From Tubulanus polymorphus (taxonomy: Eukaryota; Animalia; Nemertea): a DNA stretch of 64,000 bases. Every line of letters begins with the position of its first letter. Within the stretch, counting starts at the first letter, position 1. The position numbers were made by a program, and so were the translations under genes. This document shows positions 1 through 12,521 of the stretch, piece by piece. The stretch is from assembly GCF_964204645.1 (NCBI RefSeq), contig NC_134027.1, positions 1,706,485 to 1,770,484 on the forward strand, in the 5' to 3' direction. The notes under the pieces were generated by a model. It made no database searches and had not been told where the DNA came from. It saw only the letters and a program-made list of their open reading frames with translations.

Positions 1-3000
1 AACCATCGCACGCACCAGCTAGAAATACATAGAAAACAATTCAGTTTCTTGAAGTAAAGTACGGTAAATGAAATGAAAGCCTGTTCATTGCAATGATATG
101 GGTTCATTCGCTGTAATTGCTTTTGAGGTAAAGAATGAAGAAATAGTTACCCGTTTTGAGAGCATGATTTTAATTGATTTTGATGTAAAGAATGAAGAAA
201 TCATTACCTGTTTTGAGAGCATGATTTTAACGAGTTTTTGATACGCGGATTCAGTTTGTTTATACTGAACGTCCGTCTGTTGTAGAGGGTGCAATCCGAG
301 AAACCATTGGATACCCAACTGAAACCGTGTCGTTAAATCCAACGCTCGAAGAATCTGAATCTTTAACGAGATCGACATATTCTCCGACAAATACAAATCT
401 AATAATTTGTGTTGGGTTTCTCTTTTCTGTAAAGAGATAAAAACGGCATGACTATAGTTATGAGATTTACCGGTACTAAAATGTGGCATTTGCAAACATC
501 ATGGAAAACAGCAGAGTTTACTGAATTGCTCATCAACGTTGTAAGAATTGTTAGTTCAAGTTCATAATAGGTACGTGGTAAACCTGGCTCAACCCTCATA
601 CCAAGTTTCAAGAAAGACAATTCTGGACTGAAACTTGCTAACAAGAAATTCAAGTTGGCCAATAAACCTCTATTCTCAATAGGGTTGGACATCTCGCTTG
701 CCCCAATCCTCACAATAAGTTTAAGGGAAATCTATGAAGGATTATAGGCAGTATTCTGTTAACAAGAAATTCAAGATGGCCGTCATATTTGACGGCTGGT
801 GACATCTCACCTGCCCAAACCTTCGCACTAAGTTTTCATGAAAATCTATCTAGAATTGCAGGCTCACATCGCACTTATAAGGTCTCAAATTCTCACACTG
901 ATTATAGAACAAGGTCTCCTCACAAACTGAAGTGTATTTCCAGTAAACTTACCATCATTTTAGCAGTGATACTATAATCACAAGCGCTGAACACGCCGGC
1001 TAGTTTGATTCCCATTTTCAAATGGCGTAGAATGTATTTACGGTCCGGTTGTAGCATAGCTTTCTCAATATCTAACCCTTCTATAATCCAATCGACCAGT
1101 AGATCCACGACATCTAAACAAAACAATATATAATAAATAAAACAATCGATCGATTGATCTTTTAAGGTTCAGAAACTGATAATGAACTGATAACTACTTA
1201 CCTTCTCTTTTCTCTTTCAACAGAAGATAAGACAAACCAACGGATAATAACTGAGGCAACAATTCCATCGCTTCGATCCAACTAAAAATAAAAAAGTTAT
1301 TGTCACAGTTAAATCGAAAAGAAGCTGAATCTATTGAAACAGGTGGGTAATGAGAGAATTAAATACTTACGCTGCATGATGCGGTTCAGTTTTATAAAGA
1401 TTAATTATCTCTAGTATTTGAGTAGCTTCTGTCGGTACATCAGGTGTGCAACCTTTCTGAGTCCAAGCTATTATCTCAACTTGGTAACTAGTCAACTCGG
1501 GACTGACTAAACTCTATATACAATTACACAAACAGTCAACAATTTCAATATTGCATGAAACAAAGGTTATAAAAGACGTCTTGAAGATTGAAAGCCGTAC
1601 CGTCAACGGGTTTAACTCAAACTGATAAGGATTATACGTATAATTCCACATCAGATCATCAGGGATTTCGATATCCATATCCTGCATTCTCTGCAATTCA
1701 TTTTCATCCACGTCTGACATGATGTCTTCGTCCGAAAGAATTTCTTCGTAGCCTCCGCCTTCCATTTCCTATCATTGAATACGAAATAAAATATCAGACT
1801 GGGTACCCATTTACTCCTGGGTGGAGAGAGGCAATGAGGATAAGTGTTTTGCCCGGGGACACTACGGCAATGTACGGGGTTCGAACCCACAACCGCTAGC
1901 CCTAAAGATATACGCACATATCCATACGTAAAACAGGGAGAACATTCTGCAGAAAAGCATGTCAAAATTTTCAGCAAAGATTATTTTTGAAAACTTTTTC
2001 ATTATTTTTCAAAGAAATTACTTTAACCCTTTCAGTGCGGTGTATAAATCGGTATACAAATTTTCAAATTATCTCCAGCACTATAGGGTATTAACTAGTC
2101 AGCACTGAGAGGGTTATGAATTTTTTTAAACACTTTTCACAGTAACGTCATCGATCCATGTGAGAGTATTCTAATCAATAATGATAACATACCGGTAATT
2201 CCCCTTCTGAAACATCGATACCTTCCTCATCAGCGGAGAGAGCGTCGAACTGATTGATGCCATGTTGAGCTGGTGTAGGTTGAATGATAGGTATCTCCTG
2301 TATAACTGGTGGCATTGATAGATGTGTGGGAGCCTGCTGTCCGTCACCTACTGTTTGTATCGCTATAAACATATCAAAAGCGTACAGAAATGAATTTCTA
2401 GAGATGGACAAAGATTCGGGATTAATTCTAAGGGAGCGTTTAACAGGACAAACCCCAGAATCTCCTGCCTTTCTGACCCCCTCCCTCCTGTATATACTAA
2501 ACTTCCTTTCACACTTGAATGAAATATTAAGTCGTTCAATGAAATAGTGCCAGGTTTTTAAACACTTACGTTGATGTTCTGGAGGTACAATGTATGGATC
2601 ATATGGATGTCTATAATCATACGGAGCATTTACATCCATTTGTATTTGTTGCTGCTGCTGCTGCGGTGGTGGTGGCACACGCATCATACGAGGGAATGGT
2701 GGACCGGGGGAACGCGAGCGACCCGGCGACGGCTGACTCCGTATAGCTGGTATCGGCCACTGTGTAGGAGATATAGGACGACCGGAGGGGCTCATTGGAG
2801 GCTGTTGAGGCCACCCTAATCCTACTGGACTCCTCGGTCGACTTCCATGGCCTCTACTGCCAGGGCTGCGCATTCGACCACCGGGACTCCTAGGTCGACC
2901 ACCCGGACTTCGAGGTCGACCACCGGGACTTCTTGGTCGACCACCAGGACTCCTGGGTCGACCGCCGGGACTCCTAGGTCGACCACTTGGACTACGTGAA

Positions 3001-6000
3001 AGTGGACTACACATTCGACCACTTGGACTACGGGATCCGCGACGAGGACTACGACCTCTCGGACTTCTCGACCTGTGACCACCGGGACTAAATGAACGTC
3101 TTCCCGGACTCCTCGGTCTTCCTGAACTCCATCCTCTATAACCCGGACTCCAAGGTCTGGAGTCAGGACTATGAACTCTACTTCCAGCTCGTCCGGAGGG
3201 ACTTCTGGAGCGTCGTCTTGGACTGCGAGGTCGACTGCCGGGACTACGAGGTCGACTGCCGGGACTCCGAGGTCGGCCCACTGATCTTGATCTTGATCTC
3301 CTACGACGACTGTATCTTCCACCTGGACTTCTTGATCGCCTGTTTGGACTCCTAAGTCGACTCCCCGGACTACGAGATCTTTGTCGTGGACTGCGACTCC
3401 TACTTATAGCACTACCCGGACTGCGTGAACGTCTACCCGGACTGCGGTTTCTAGTATCAGGGCTTCGTCCACGTTTACTGCCCGGACTTCGAGACCATCG
3501 TCCTGGACTATTTCTACTGCGAACAGCAGGACTTCGACCGGGACTACGAGGTCTACTGCTTCCTGGACTCCACGCACGACTTCCACCGGGACTCCGAGTC
3601 CTACTGCTTCCAGGACTACGAGGACGACCACCGCTAGGACTCCACGCTCGGCGTTCACCGGGACTGCGAGGTCTATTACCTCCAGGACTCCACGGTCTAT
3701 TCATTCCGGGACTTCTCAGTCTACCGGTCGGACTCCAACTCCTTCTACCGGGACTACGGATTCTTGCACCTCCCGGACTGTGAGTTCGACTACTGCCAGG
3801 ACTCTGAGCGCGACTACCTCCTGGGCTACGAGGGCGGCGTCCTATTGGACTGCGTCTTTTTCCAGCACGCCGGTCACTCGGACTACGAGGTTTCACAGAA
3901 CCACCCGGGCTCATACCTCGGTTACTGCCGGGACTACGAGCCCTATTACTGCTCGGACTACGAGCCCTATTACTGCCCGGACTACGAGCCCTATTACTAC
4001 CCGGACTACGAGCCCTATTACTGCCCGGACTACGAGCCCTGTTACTGCCCGGACTACGAGCTCTATTACTGCCCGGACTACGAGCTCTGTTACTGCCTGG
4101 ACTACGAGCTCTGTTACTGCCCGGACTACGAGCCCTGTTACTGCCCGGACTACGAGCCCTGTTACTGCCCGGACTACGAGCCCTGTTACTGATCCCTATT
4201 GGACTTTGTCCTCTTTCGCTATCTCTGCCCGGACTACGGATTCTTTGAGCAGCATCTTTTCCAGGACTGCGTGATTGCGGGTCTCTGCGGGGACTCCTTG
4301 GTTTGTTACAATCAGGACTCCAACCGCGATTACTGTCTTTTTCTGGACTTTTACCTCTGAATCTTTCAGGACTTCTCGTTCGAATTTCTCTGCCCGGACT
4401 TTTAATACGACTGGAGTCTTTGCCAGGAGACCGCAAAATATTTTGGTCGGGACTTCTAATCCTTCCATCCCGCGCGCTAGCATCCGGACTTCTTCCAGGA
4501 CTCCACCCTTTTTTGTCACCTCTCCCGGGACTCCTTCGTCTGTTGCTATCTCTAGCAGGGCTCCTACCTCGTACACCGTCCGGGCTTTGCGTTCTATCGC
4601 TGTCCCTTCCTGGACTATGACCTCTATTTCCATCCTTACCGGGACTTCTAGTCTTACTGCTCTCTCTCGGTGGAGTTCTAGCACGTTTACTATCAGGACT
4701 CCGCGCTCGTCCGGGACTCCGCGCTCTCTCAGCAGCTGGACTTACTGTTCTATTACTAGCTAAACCAGGACTCTGATCTCGATTACTGTCTCTACCCGGA
4801 CTTCTATTCGCCGATTTCGAACGTCGTTTATGCGGGGGCGGTGAGTGAGACCGACTGCGCGACCCACCGCGTCTCCGCGGAGACCGAGACCACGAACGTC
4901 TCGGCGACCGAGAATACGAGCGTTGCCGTGGCGATAATGAACGCGACGACCCCGATCTCGATCGTCTCGGAGATCGTCGCGGTGACCGCGGTGATTTCGG
5001 TCGCGTCGCTGATCGATTGTGATAGCGTTCCCAGTCTTTCTCCCACTCTCTCTCGTGACTTCCCTGACGTCTATGACTGCGCTCGGATTCTGCGCTGTAG
5101 TCACCTGCGGCAGCTGCTTTCACCGATTCCTGTTGTTGATAATGTGAAGTATCCGATTGAGCTGGTACCGTATAATGAGATGTATCTGATTGAGCTGGTA
5201 CCGAATACGATGCATCCACCTGTTGTTCGTGTATGGCATGTGGCTGACTAATTTCTGCGTAATTCGGTTCTTTAGCAGTAGCAGTTTTCGGGTCGTGAGA
5301 TATCTACAAATATATTTAGACAAATTTTTACATTTTCAATTGATAGACAATTATTTTTCAGGCTAAAATAAGATATTAATAGTTAATGTATTTCTTTTAC
5401 CTCAATTTGTTCTAAATGATAAACAGGCTCATGGGTTTTACTTTGTTTTTCGACGGGTTCAGACACTTTTTGCTGTCTTTCCGCGGAACCTGAAATTAAT
5501 AAACAAAAGTTTTATCTGAATTATGGTTTATATGGTTTCACACAGACTTCATTCAGATGAATCCATTTTTATTTTACCAGTTCTTTGCGGAGGTGGAGGA
5601 GGAGGTGGAGAATTGCGGTCCTTCGCGACGTGAGTCACTGAACCAAAAACCGCTACAGTCAGCATTGAATACCAGCCCTTCAATATCAAACCATCAGTAG
5701 CTACTCGCTGTAAAATAGAAATACTCTCAGTTTATGGAAAATAAAGAATTTCAGTCTTGCTTTTTTTAATTCGAATTTGAAAAACGCTTAAATACCGACC
5801 TGAGTATCAAACTGCATGTAACTGTCTCTATCTCCCTGATAATCCAAACTAGAAAGATAAATTACTACTGGTAACAATCCCACAATCGTAAAATCGTCAG
5901 TCACTGGACATATTCAGGTAAAAGGGATCAAAGTATCGACGCATTTTACAAATAGGTTTATCGTAATAAACTCATTTCTAAATACAGTAAAAACTTGCAT

Positions 6001-7228
6001 AATTCTGTAGATTATAGATTTTAAGTGATTTATCAGAATACATCAGTATTTGTACTTACACGCCAAGCTTTTCAAATGTAGCCGCATTCGGTTTCATAAG
6101 ATTGTTCACATACATTTCCAGTTTGAAGCTGGAGGGGTTTGTAGCCCTGAGAAAATAAAAACAAAGTAAAAAACTTAATTTCTACGATAGATAAGATGAC
6201 ATTCCGGATGAAGGGTATGACTTAAAACAACTCTCGAAATATTATCGACTTGACAATTTCTGTGGACGATGTTCGTGTAGCATGTCATAAAACTCTTTTT
6301 TTGTCCTAAAATTTGGCGAGTTATTTCACCTTCCTACGAACTGACCCTGATAACTTGAAACTATTATTTTGGGATGGCGTTATTGATTGTACTGACCCGA
6401 GTCTAGCAGCTCCAGGAACATCAGCGACAACTTTCACACCAAGTGGAATTATGCGAACGTCATGTATCAACACAGGATGTTGAAACTGGACGAGATCGAG
6501 ATTTATGTCCTGAAAAATTATCATTTTAAATCTATTAGATAGAAATATTGTGAAGTATCTAGTATTAACGCTTCTCACCAATACATCCCCTAAACATTAA
6601 TATTGATAACTAATTCAGGTAAGATAGATTAAGGGTACAAATAAGATTCAGGGTTAGATTTAAGTGTTACATGAGGGTTTAGGGTTGAGGGCTATAAGGA
6701 CATAATAAACATGTAACTTGCTTGTCCAGGGCCTACTGGTGGGTGGTAGAATGCTGAACCGTACAGCTAGCTCCAGTTAGAGATGTGGAGCTCAGAATGA
6801 CTCAATGAGCCTACGACCTTTATGGTAAAATGGGGTTTAAAAATAGAGCCATATTGCCGAGTTTTGGTAAAATATCTATTTTCTGTCCAGGCAATTTATT
6901 TAAAATTCACTGCTTCTATCTTGTCAGTCTCCTCCACTTCTCCAGCAGCACAGAGTTAGAGAGGTCAACCGAGCAACAGCAGCAGCCAGCAAGGATGCAG
7001 AAGAGAAGAGCCGAGGAGCGAGGAGGGGAGGACGACTAGCCTATAAAACAAAACGCTTTCTCCTCAAATACAATGCTATCTTACTGATGATTGTGACTGT
7101 TACATAGAGATAAACACTGATATTGTATAACACGTCTATGAGTACCCTATACTCGTACTCACATCGTTATTTTCGTGCTGAAATGTATCAAAAAATAATA
7201 ATTCAACTTGGCCGGTGTCCGCCATCAT
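1..7228 (-). CDS. VIRMA: Virilizer homolog (m6A writer complex subunit), 5' part; multi-exon, 3' end lies beyond the left edge
   Basis: The spliced N-terminus reads MMADTGQVELLFFDTFQHENND|DINLDLVQFQHPVLIHDVRIIPLGVKV..|ATNPSSFKLEMYVNNLMKPNAATFEKLG|..TDGLILKGWYSMLTVAVFGS..PPPPPPP, matching the VIR_N domain pattern (ELLFLDTF..RVIP..TDGLVLRGWY). Exon 1 is 7163-7228, there is a giant exon at 2570-5303, then acidic (YEEILSDED) and helical exons down to position 1. Splice sites are GT-AG. Confidence 0.93.
1798..1905 (-). mobile_element. tRNA-derived SINE fragment with CORE-like segment (VIRMA intron)
   Basis: Minus strand shows B-box GGTTCGAACCC followed by CCGGGCAAAACACTTATCCTCATTGCCTCTCTCCACCCAGGAGTAAATGGGTACC, resembling the CORE-SINE central domain. 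Confidence 0.6.
2027..2113. mobile_element. piggyBac-like MITE
   Basis: TTAA|CCCTTTCAGTGC ... GCACTGAGAGGG|TTAT: CCC/GGG terminal inverted repeats with a TTAA-like target site. Confidence 0.6.
3920..4190 (-). repeat. 24-bp coding tandem repeat (RARSPGSN x ~11) in the VIRMA giant exon
   Basis: The unit ccggactacgagccctgttactgc is repeated about 11 times and is visible in the ORF translation. Confidence 0.95.
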
Positions 7229-8110
7229 GAATTTGGACGCCATCTGGTGTCGTTATAGTTTAATATGGCTGCTTGAATTCGATGGATTATGGAATTCCCC
7301 AAGAAGAGCGTGGTTTTCATAAGAATAAATTCTTTGAGTTATTGCGTGGAATATTAAAACCAAATCTAATCGGAAAGTATACAGAGATGCCGTATGTGGA
7401 AGCCGCTGCCGACACCTGCAATAGACTGGTTGCCGGTATCGAATGCAGGTGGCGCAGAATTGGACAGGCAACCAGTCTAGTGGCGGCGCGACCAATAGCA
7501 AAATGGCGTGCCTCATTTAATACCATAACTAACTAACACGAAAAAAGCTAAAAATCTCCACCTAAACACATTGCCACCCTCCTTTCCTACCCCTGAAATC
7601 AGTATTTGGTAAGTGTTTGTAATATTGGTTTAAATGGCGAAAAATATTCAATCTCAGATATTGTGGGAAATCATATTATTTCAGAGGCACATCCTACAAA
7701 CGGTGCACGCGGTGCCTGCGGCCGCTCAGTCAAGCATATCATCATTGCATCCTGATACTTCTAGACCACGATGGGCTTCAATCACCCCAGTGTGTTGTAA
7801 TGAATTTGTTCTAACATGATTACATCAACTGATTACATCGAACAGTATAAACTGTAAGTTTATTTCATCTTTTAAATGTTCTCTTCATCGGTTTCTGAAA
7901 CAAGATAATAATAATATTTAAACTGCTCCTGTTTCTTCGTTACTTTCTTGCCTTTATTTCATGTTCAACTCTGGATGCAAAACCTAAAGTGTGGATAGAA
8001 AAACCCTGTGAATAAATGAACTGCAGATTGGAGCGAACAATTTAATTAGTAAGTTTGAATTTTAGATTTGATATTTCTGCAGTTATTTCTAAGGAAAGAA
8101 AACAATCTTT

Positions 8111-8290
8111 TTCATTCATTCATTTAAATACTCCAGCACACTCGCATTTGCGAGTATTTTTTGGAGCGTGCGCGTCTGTGTTAGAAGAGAAAGAAAGAGA
8201 GTGTGCATGGAAAATTCAATTAATAATAATAATAAAAGAGATAATGTACATTTTAAAAACACTTAATCGGATTTTGGAATAAATCTAGGG
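8111..8290 (+). mobile_element. Short non-autonomous interspersed element, copy 1 (copy 2 inverted at 19780-20000)
   Basis: Near-identical reverse complement of 19780-20000. It starts with (TTCA)n, has an internal hairpin CTCGCA-TT-TGCGAG and ends AATAAATCTAG. A Helitron/Helentron-like class is only inferred. Confidence 0.7.
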
Positions 8291-8832
8291 ATATTTGTCT
8301 ATTATAGGTATCACTTCAACATGTTCGATGGGAATTTTTATTCCATGCAGGAAAACAAGGAATCACTCTTGGATTCTGCACAGGACATCAATGAATCAGT
8401 GTTTCACAATCAGACTTGGTTTCGCACCGGACATCAGGAATCATTCTTGGATTCAGCACCGGACGTCAGGATCTAATCACTGTGGAAATTCAAGATAAGT
8501 TACATTTATCTTTATTTATCGGTTGTTGAATTGATTTTAAGGGACCAGTTTCATAGTGTTTGTTATAAACCTTTTTTTGATATGGAATCGCAGAAATCTG
8601 TTGCATTTATTCAATCATTTCAAATGTCTTTACATCGGTGAATATTTGGCTAGGATTAGTTCATGGTTGGGATTGTTATTTCAGTTAGGCCTAGCGGGTT
8701 TACAGGTTTTCCTAAATTGTGATCAACTGAAATGTTATTTTTAATCAATATGAAACTGGTTCCTGATATCAATGATACAACTGTTATCAGTCATGTTCCT
8801 TTGTCACAATCAGATCACGTGTATCTTAAGTT

Positions 8833-9033
8833 AGAATTTCTGTAGATTAAACTGCTGTACTTATTTCATACCGATTGTACAGTTACAGATACATGTAACA
8901 TTGTGTACAGATACAGAGTACAGATCACTGCATTACTTCATCCTGTGATTGAACAGTGATTTAATGTTCTCTCATCTTCATTAGATTCCCATCCGTCTAA
9001 CTAAAATATCAGAACATTTCAACTCACCTAACC
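8833..9033 (+). repeat. Left arm of ~200-bp inverted repeat (partner 12840-13039)
   Basis: Reverse-complement match, e.g. gatcactgcattacttcatcctgtgattgaacagtgatttaatgttctctcat versus atgagagaacattaaatcactgttcaatcacaggatgaagtaatgcagtgatc. Confidence 0.92.
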
Positions 9034-9230
9034 GCGGGGTTCGGGGAGGGTGGGTAGGGTTGGGGGGAGGGAAGGGGTCTGGGAGGGCGGGAGGGATCGG
9101 GTCTGGGAGGGCGGGAGGGATGGGTTCTGGGAGGGCGGGAGGGATGGTGTCAGGGAGTGAGGGTGGGATATAGGGGTGGTGGTAGGACTTTGGAGGGAGG
9201 GATATAGGGTGGGGGTGGTTTAGGGTCAGG
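9034..9230 (+). repeat. G-rich tract with G-quadruplex potential
   Basis: Many GGG runs with short loops; motif GGGTCTGGGAGGGCGGGAGGGA. Confidence 0.85.
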
Positions 9231-10400
9231 TACAGGTTTAGTCGTAATTATTTTTTAGTCTTGAAGTTTAGGATAATTCAGAAAATGTGACCCATCTTTT
9301 TATTTATTCTAAGAAACGATTAATCATTATAAAACACGTCATGCGGCCACACGTGACTGCAACATGTCATGATACAGTTGTTATACAACAAGCAGTATAA
9401 CCATTGGACGAGTTATATTTTACTGGTTGTTATTTCTATGAGACCCGGGTTTGATCCCCGGTGAGTGCGCGCGTAATTTCAACGTCACTTCTCTCAATCG
9501 TTAAGAGATAATTGCCCCCAGATTTTTGAACGGGGACGTTTCAATTTTTGGGCCATCATTTAAGGTGGTCACGAATGAGTGTTATTTTTTGAATGGTCAC
9601 AAACTGCTCCTTGGCTCCGATCAAAATACGGTTTAATGAACAATTCAATGTAACAACAATCTTACGTAATAATTACTGTTGGTATTTGGTGATTACTGCT
9701 TCTTTTTGAATACATTTCTAGCAGAAAGATGTATTCTATTTTCTTCTGTGCTCTTTTTGAAACCGCTGTAAATACTGGGAACTGTAAAGGACGACTTAGA
9801 AAATTGTTGACGAGAGTCGAGATGCAGTCACATTCATCGCTGCTTCCTCTTTTACTGCAGATTCTAAGACAGACCTACTCTTCATTTTTTGAAGAAGAGT
9901 ATAGAACTTATTAGAATAAGTGATATGTTTTGTAAATCGCTTCTATGGTTTTTCAGACACCTTTCATTTGCATTCAGCAGTGCATGGCACATTTTATCAC
10001 TATTCATAGATAGATATCCTTGATAATTAGTTATCCTTAATGATTAGTTATCCTTAATGATTTATCCTAGTGGTTTCATAAATATGGGACACATTTTCTG
10101 AAATAAACTGAACAATTTATAGGTGGTACAAAGACTGACACCGAGAGACTATGGTTCTATTATGATATTCATTTTAGAATAGGATAATATTCTATTGATG
10201 ACAGTATATTTCTATCTGTGTCTTATTTTCTAGACATAATTTATAGGGCTGTGAACTAATTATACTTATATCAAGAAATATTTTACTGAATTTAAAAGTC
10301 GTAAAAACAGATAATATTCAACCAGATGTAGTTTTCACAGTTAAGCTACTGCGACCTTCCTACTATATTGAGACTTTGATAGGTAGCTCAAGGAATACAG

Positions 10401-10444
10401 TATTCCTGAAGATGATTATTAGAATATAGTCGAAACGTTGAATA
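10401..10444 (+). ncRNA. Minimal type I hammerhead ribozyme motif (Penelope-like element terminus)
   Basis: TATTC-CTGAAGA-T-GATTA[ttagaata]TAGTC-GAAAC-GTT-GAATA gives stem I TATTC/GAATA, the core boxes, stem II, and a palindromic AACGTT stem III. A truncated second copy lies at ~10470-10508. Confidence 0.6.
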
Positions 10445-10864
10445 AACTAAACTAGCTCAAGGAATACAGTATTCCTGAAGATGATTATTAGTATTAGGAT
10501 ATAGTCGACCTAAAGCAGGGATATCTACTGCATTTTACCATTTTTCACGATCATATCAGTTTATGAAAGTCATTTCATCTTCTGCTGAAATATTATCAGA
10601 GCTTGATCAATTTGTCAGTTTATGATAGCTTTGAGACTTCGATCAATGCATCATTTTACACGCATACTCAACTTAGTCAATTATTTCGGACTTTATCAAT
10701 TAGTTCAAGATTTTGAGCCCATTCTTGACTTAATGTTAGTGATGTGTGTTTAGTCCAAGTCTCCTATTCAACATATGCAACGCTCAATTTCTCATGTTAT
10801 TTGCTAATCAAACCAGAGTCATAAAACTGACTTACTTTTACGAGGGCCATGAGCTATATTAACC

Positions 10865-11187
10865 TTCCGTGGTCACCAAATCAGAACCATAGACCAAATT
10901 TTGATTCTTTGGTCGCTAAACTAGGGCTGTGAACCAAACTTTGACTCTTTGGTCACCAAACCTGAACCATGAACCAAACTTTGACTCATTGGTCACCAAA
11001 CCTGAGCCATGAACCAAACTTTGACTCATTGGTCACCAAACCTGAGCCATGAACCAAACTTTGACCCTTTGGCCACTAAACCTGGGCCATGAACCAAACC
11101 TCGACTCTTTGGTCACCAAACCAGGGCTATGAACCAAACTTTGACTGGTCACTCAACCAGGGCTATGAACCAAACTTTGACTGGTCA
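10865..11187. repeat. ~40-bp minisatellite, ~8 copies
   Basis: Unit ~ttggtcaccaaacctgagccatgaaccaaactttgactc(a/t). Confidence 0.93.
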
Positions 11188-11486
11188 GCATGAATGAAAG
11201 ATTTTACAAGTTATTTCTTGTGCCTTCATGACACAATATTTGAGAATAGAACTAATGACGTAGTTAATAAAAGATTCATCTACTGTTGCTGGAGCTGCTG
11301 CTGCTGCAAATAACAACTTTTTGCTGTTTGTCTTCCAAGATTAAACTTGATCCCAGTCGGAACTGATGAGAATTCTAGTGAGACGACAAATAAGGAAAAG
11401 CCATATGAAAAATAAAAAATATGAAAAGAAAAAATATAAAGCAAAGTGGCTTCTAACCAGAAAAGAAAACAGCATCAAATGCTGTC

Positions 11487-11684
11487 ATAAAGAGTGGGGT
11501 CCGAGAGCAATTCGAAGGTTTATTGTCCTGCACGCTTAGAGGGCGGGCAGGGGTCTATTCCTACCTCGACTCAAAAGAAGAAAAAAAAGAAGAAATATAA
11601 AGAGCGGGGTCCGAGAGCAATTCGAAGGTTTAGTGTCCTGCACGCTTAGAGGGTGAGCAGGGGTCTATTCCTGCCTCGACTCAA
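11487..11684. repeat. Two ~88-bp direct repeats (11487-11574, 11597-11684), each followed by an A-rich tract
   Basis: ataaagag(t/c)ggggtccgagagcaattcgaaggttt...cctcgactcaa occurs twice with few mismatches. Confidence 0.9.
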
Positions 11685-12521
11685 GTACTAAAAGTCAGAG
11701 AAAAGAGAAAAAAACGAAAAATGGCAAATGAAGGGAAATGGCTGGAGTTCGATTTGTTCCACTGGGTTCAAGTGCAAACTTGAAGAGACAAACAAATTAT
11801 TTATGACGTATATATTTTGTAAACATCAGCAGTTCATAATCAATAATTGATAAATCTTATGAATAAGATTCCATAAAACAACTTGCTTATATAAAACCTC
11901 TAGTAGAGAGTATAGAAATATCTAATCTAACTATCGACTGTCATTGGTTCATACAGTTTTATAATATGAGTGGCAGCATGTTGAATTGTTGAAGCAACAT
12001 AAATAGCGTTAATTGTTTTGCCACATCATTCTTGTCCTTGGTTTGTGTTTGCCTTTCTCACAATATTTTTTAAGTGTGGAGGTTTGGTTCGGGCTTATTT
12101 CCTTGGTTCGGGTGAACCCTCCGTATACCTCCCCCTCCCTTACAACATTATTAGTTCAGTTCCTCAGGTTTGGTTTGATGTTTTGGAGATAAACACCTCT
12201 ACAACTGAAACTCGTTAACAGATGACTGCTGCGACTTGCCGTGAAACTGAGATATATTATGAATACTTATTGGAGGCAGTAGAAATGATAGGAATGATTT
12301 GAATGAATTCGATGAATCCATTTGATTTATTAGACCGAACAAGGCATATGATCATTTGAGATCATCTGAATACCTCCAAAATTGTAGAGAAAGTATCTGT
12401 GGTCAATGATGCAATTGATTAAGGATTTTGATTTATACATGAAATTGATATGATCATGAAAAATGGCAAATCATTTTGTAGTTATTGATGAGTGGTGTCT
12501 GAGGAGGAGACAGGAGGCGAT

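Noticed and set aside
2284-5251. Many overlapping ORFs on both strands over the VIRMA giant exon (e.g. YCPDYEP repeats, TARTTSP repeats)
   Set aside because: These are shadow frames of the RSPG coding repeat, with no splice or homology support.
7253-7536. Three short ORFs just upstream of VIRMA
   Set aside because: They lie in the GC-richer promoter region and encode no recognisable protein.
10865-11187. Regular ~40-bp repeats as a possible CRISPR array
   Set aside because: The units are head-to-tail with no unique spacers, the context is eukaryotic, and there are no cas genes.
11363-11395. CTGATGA as a second hammerhead core
   Set aside because: There is no GAAA box and no stems I or III.
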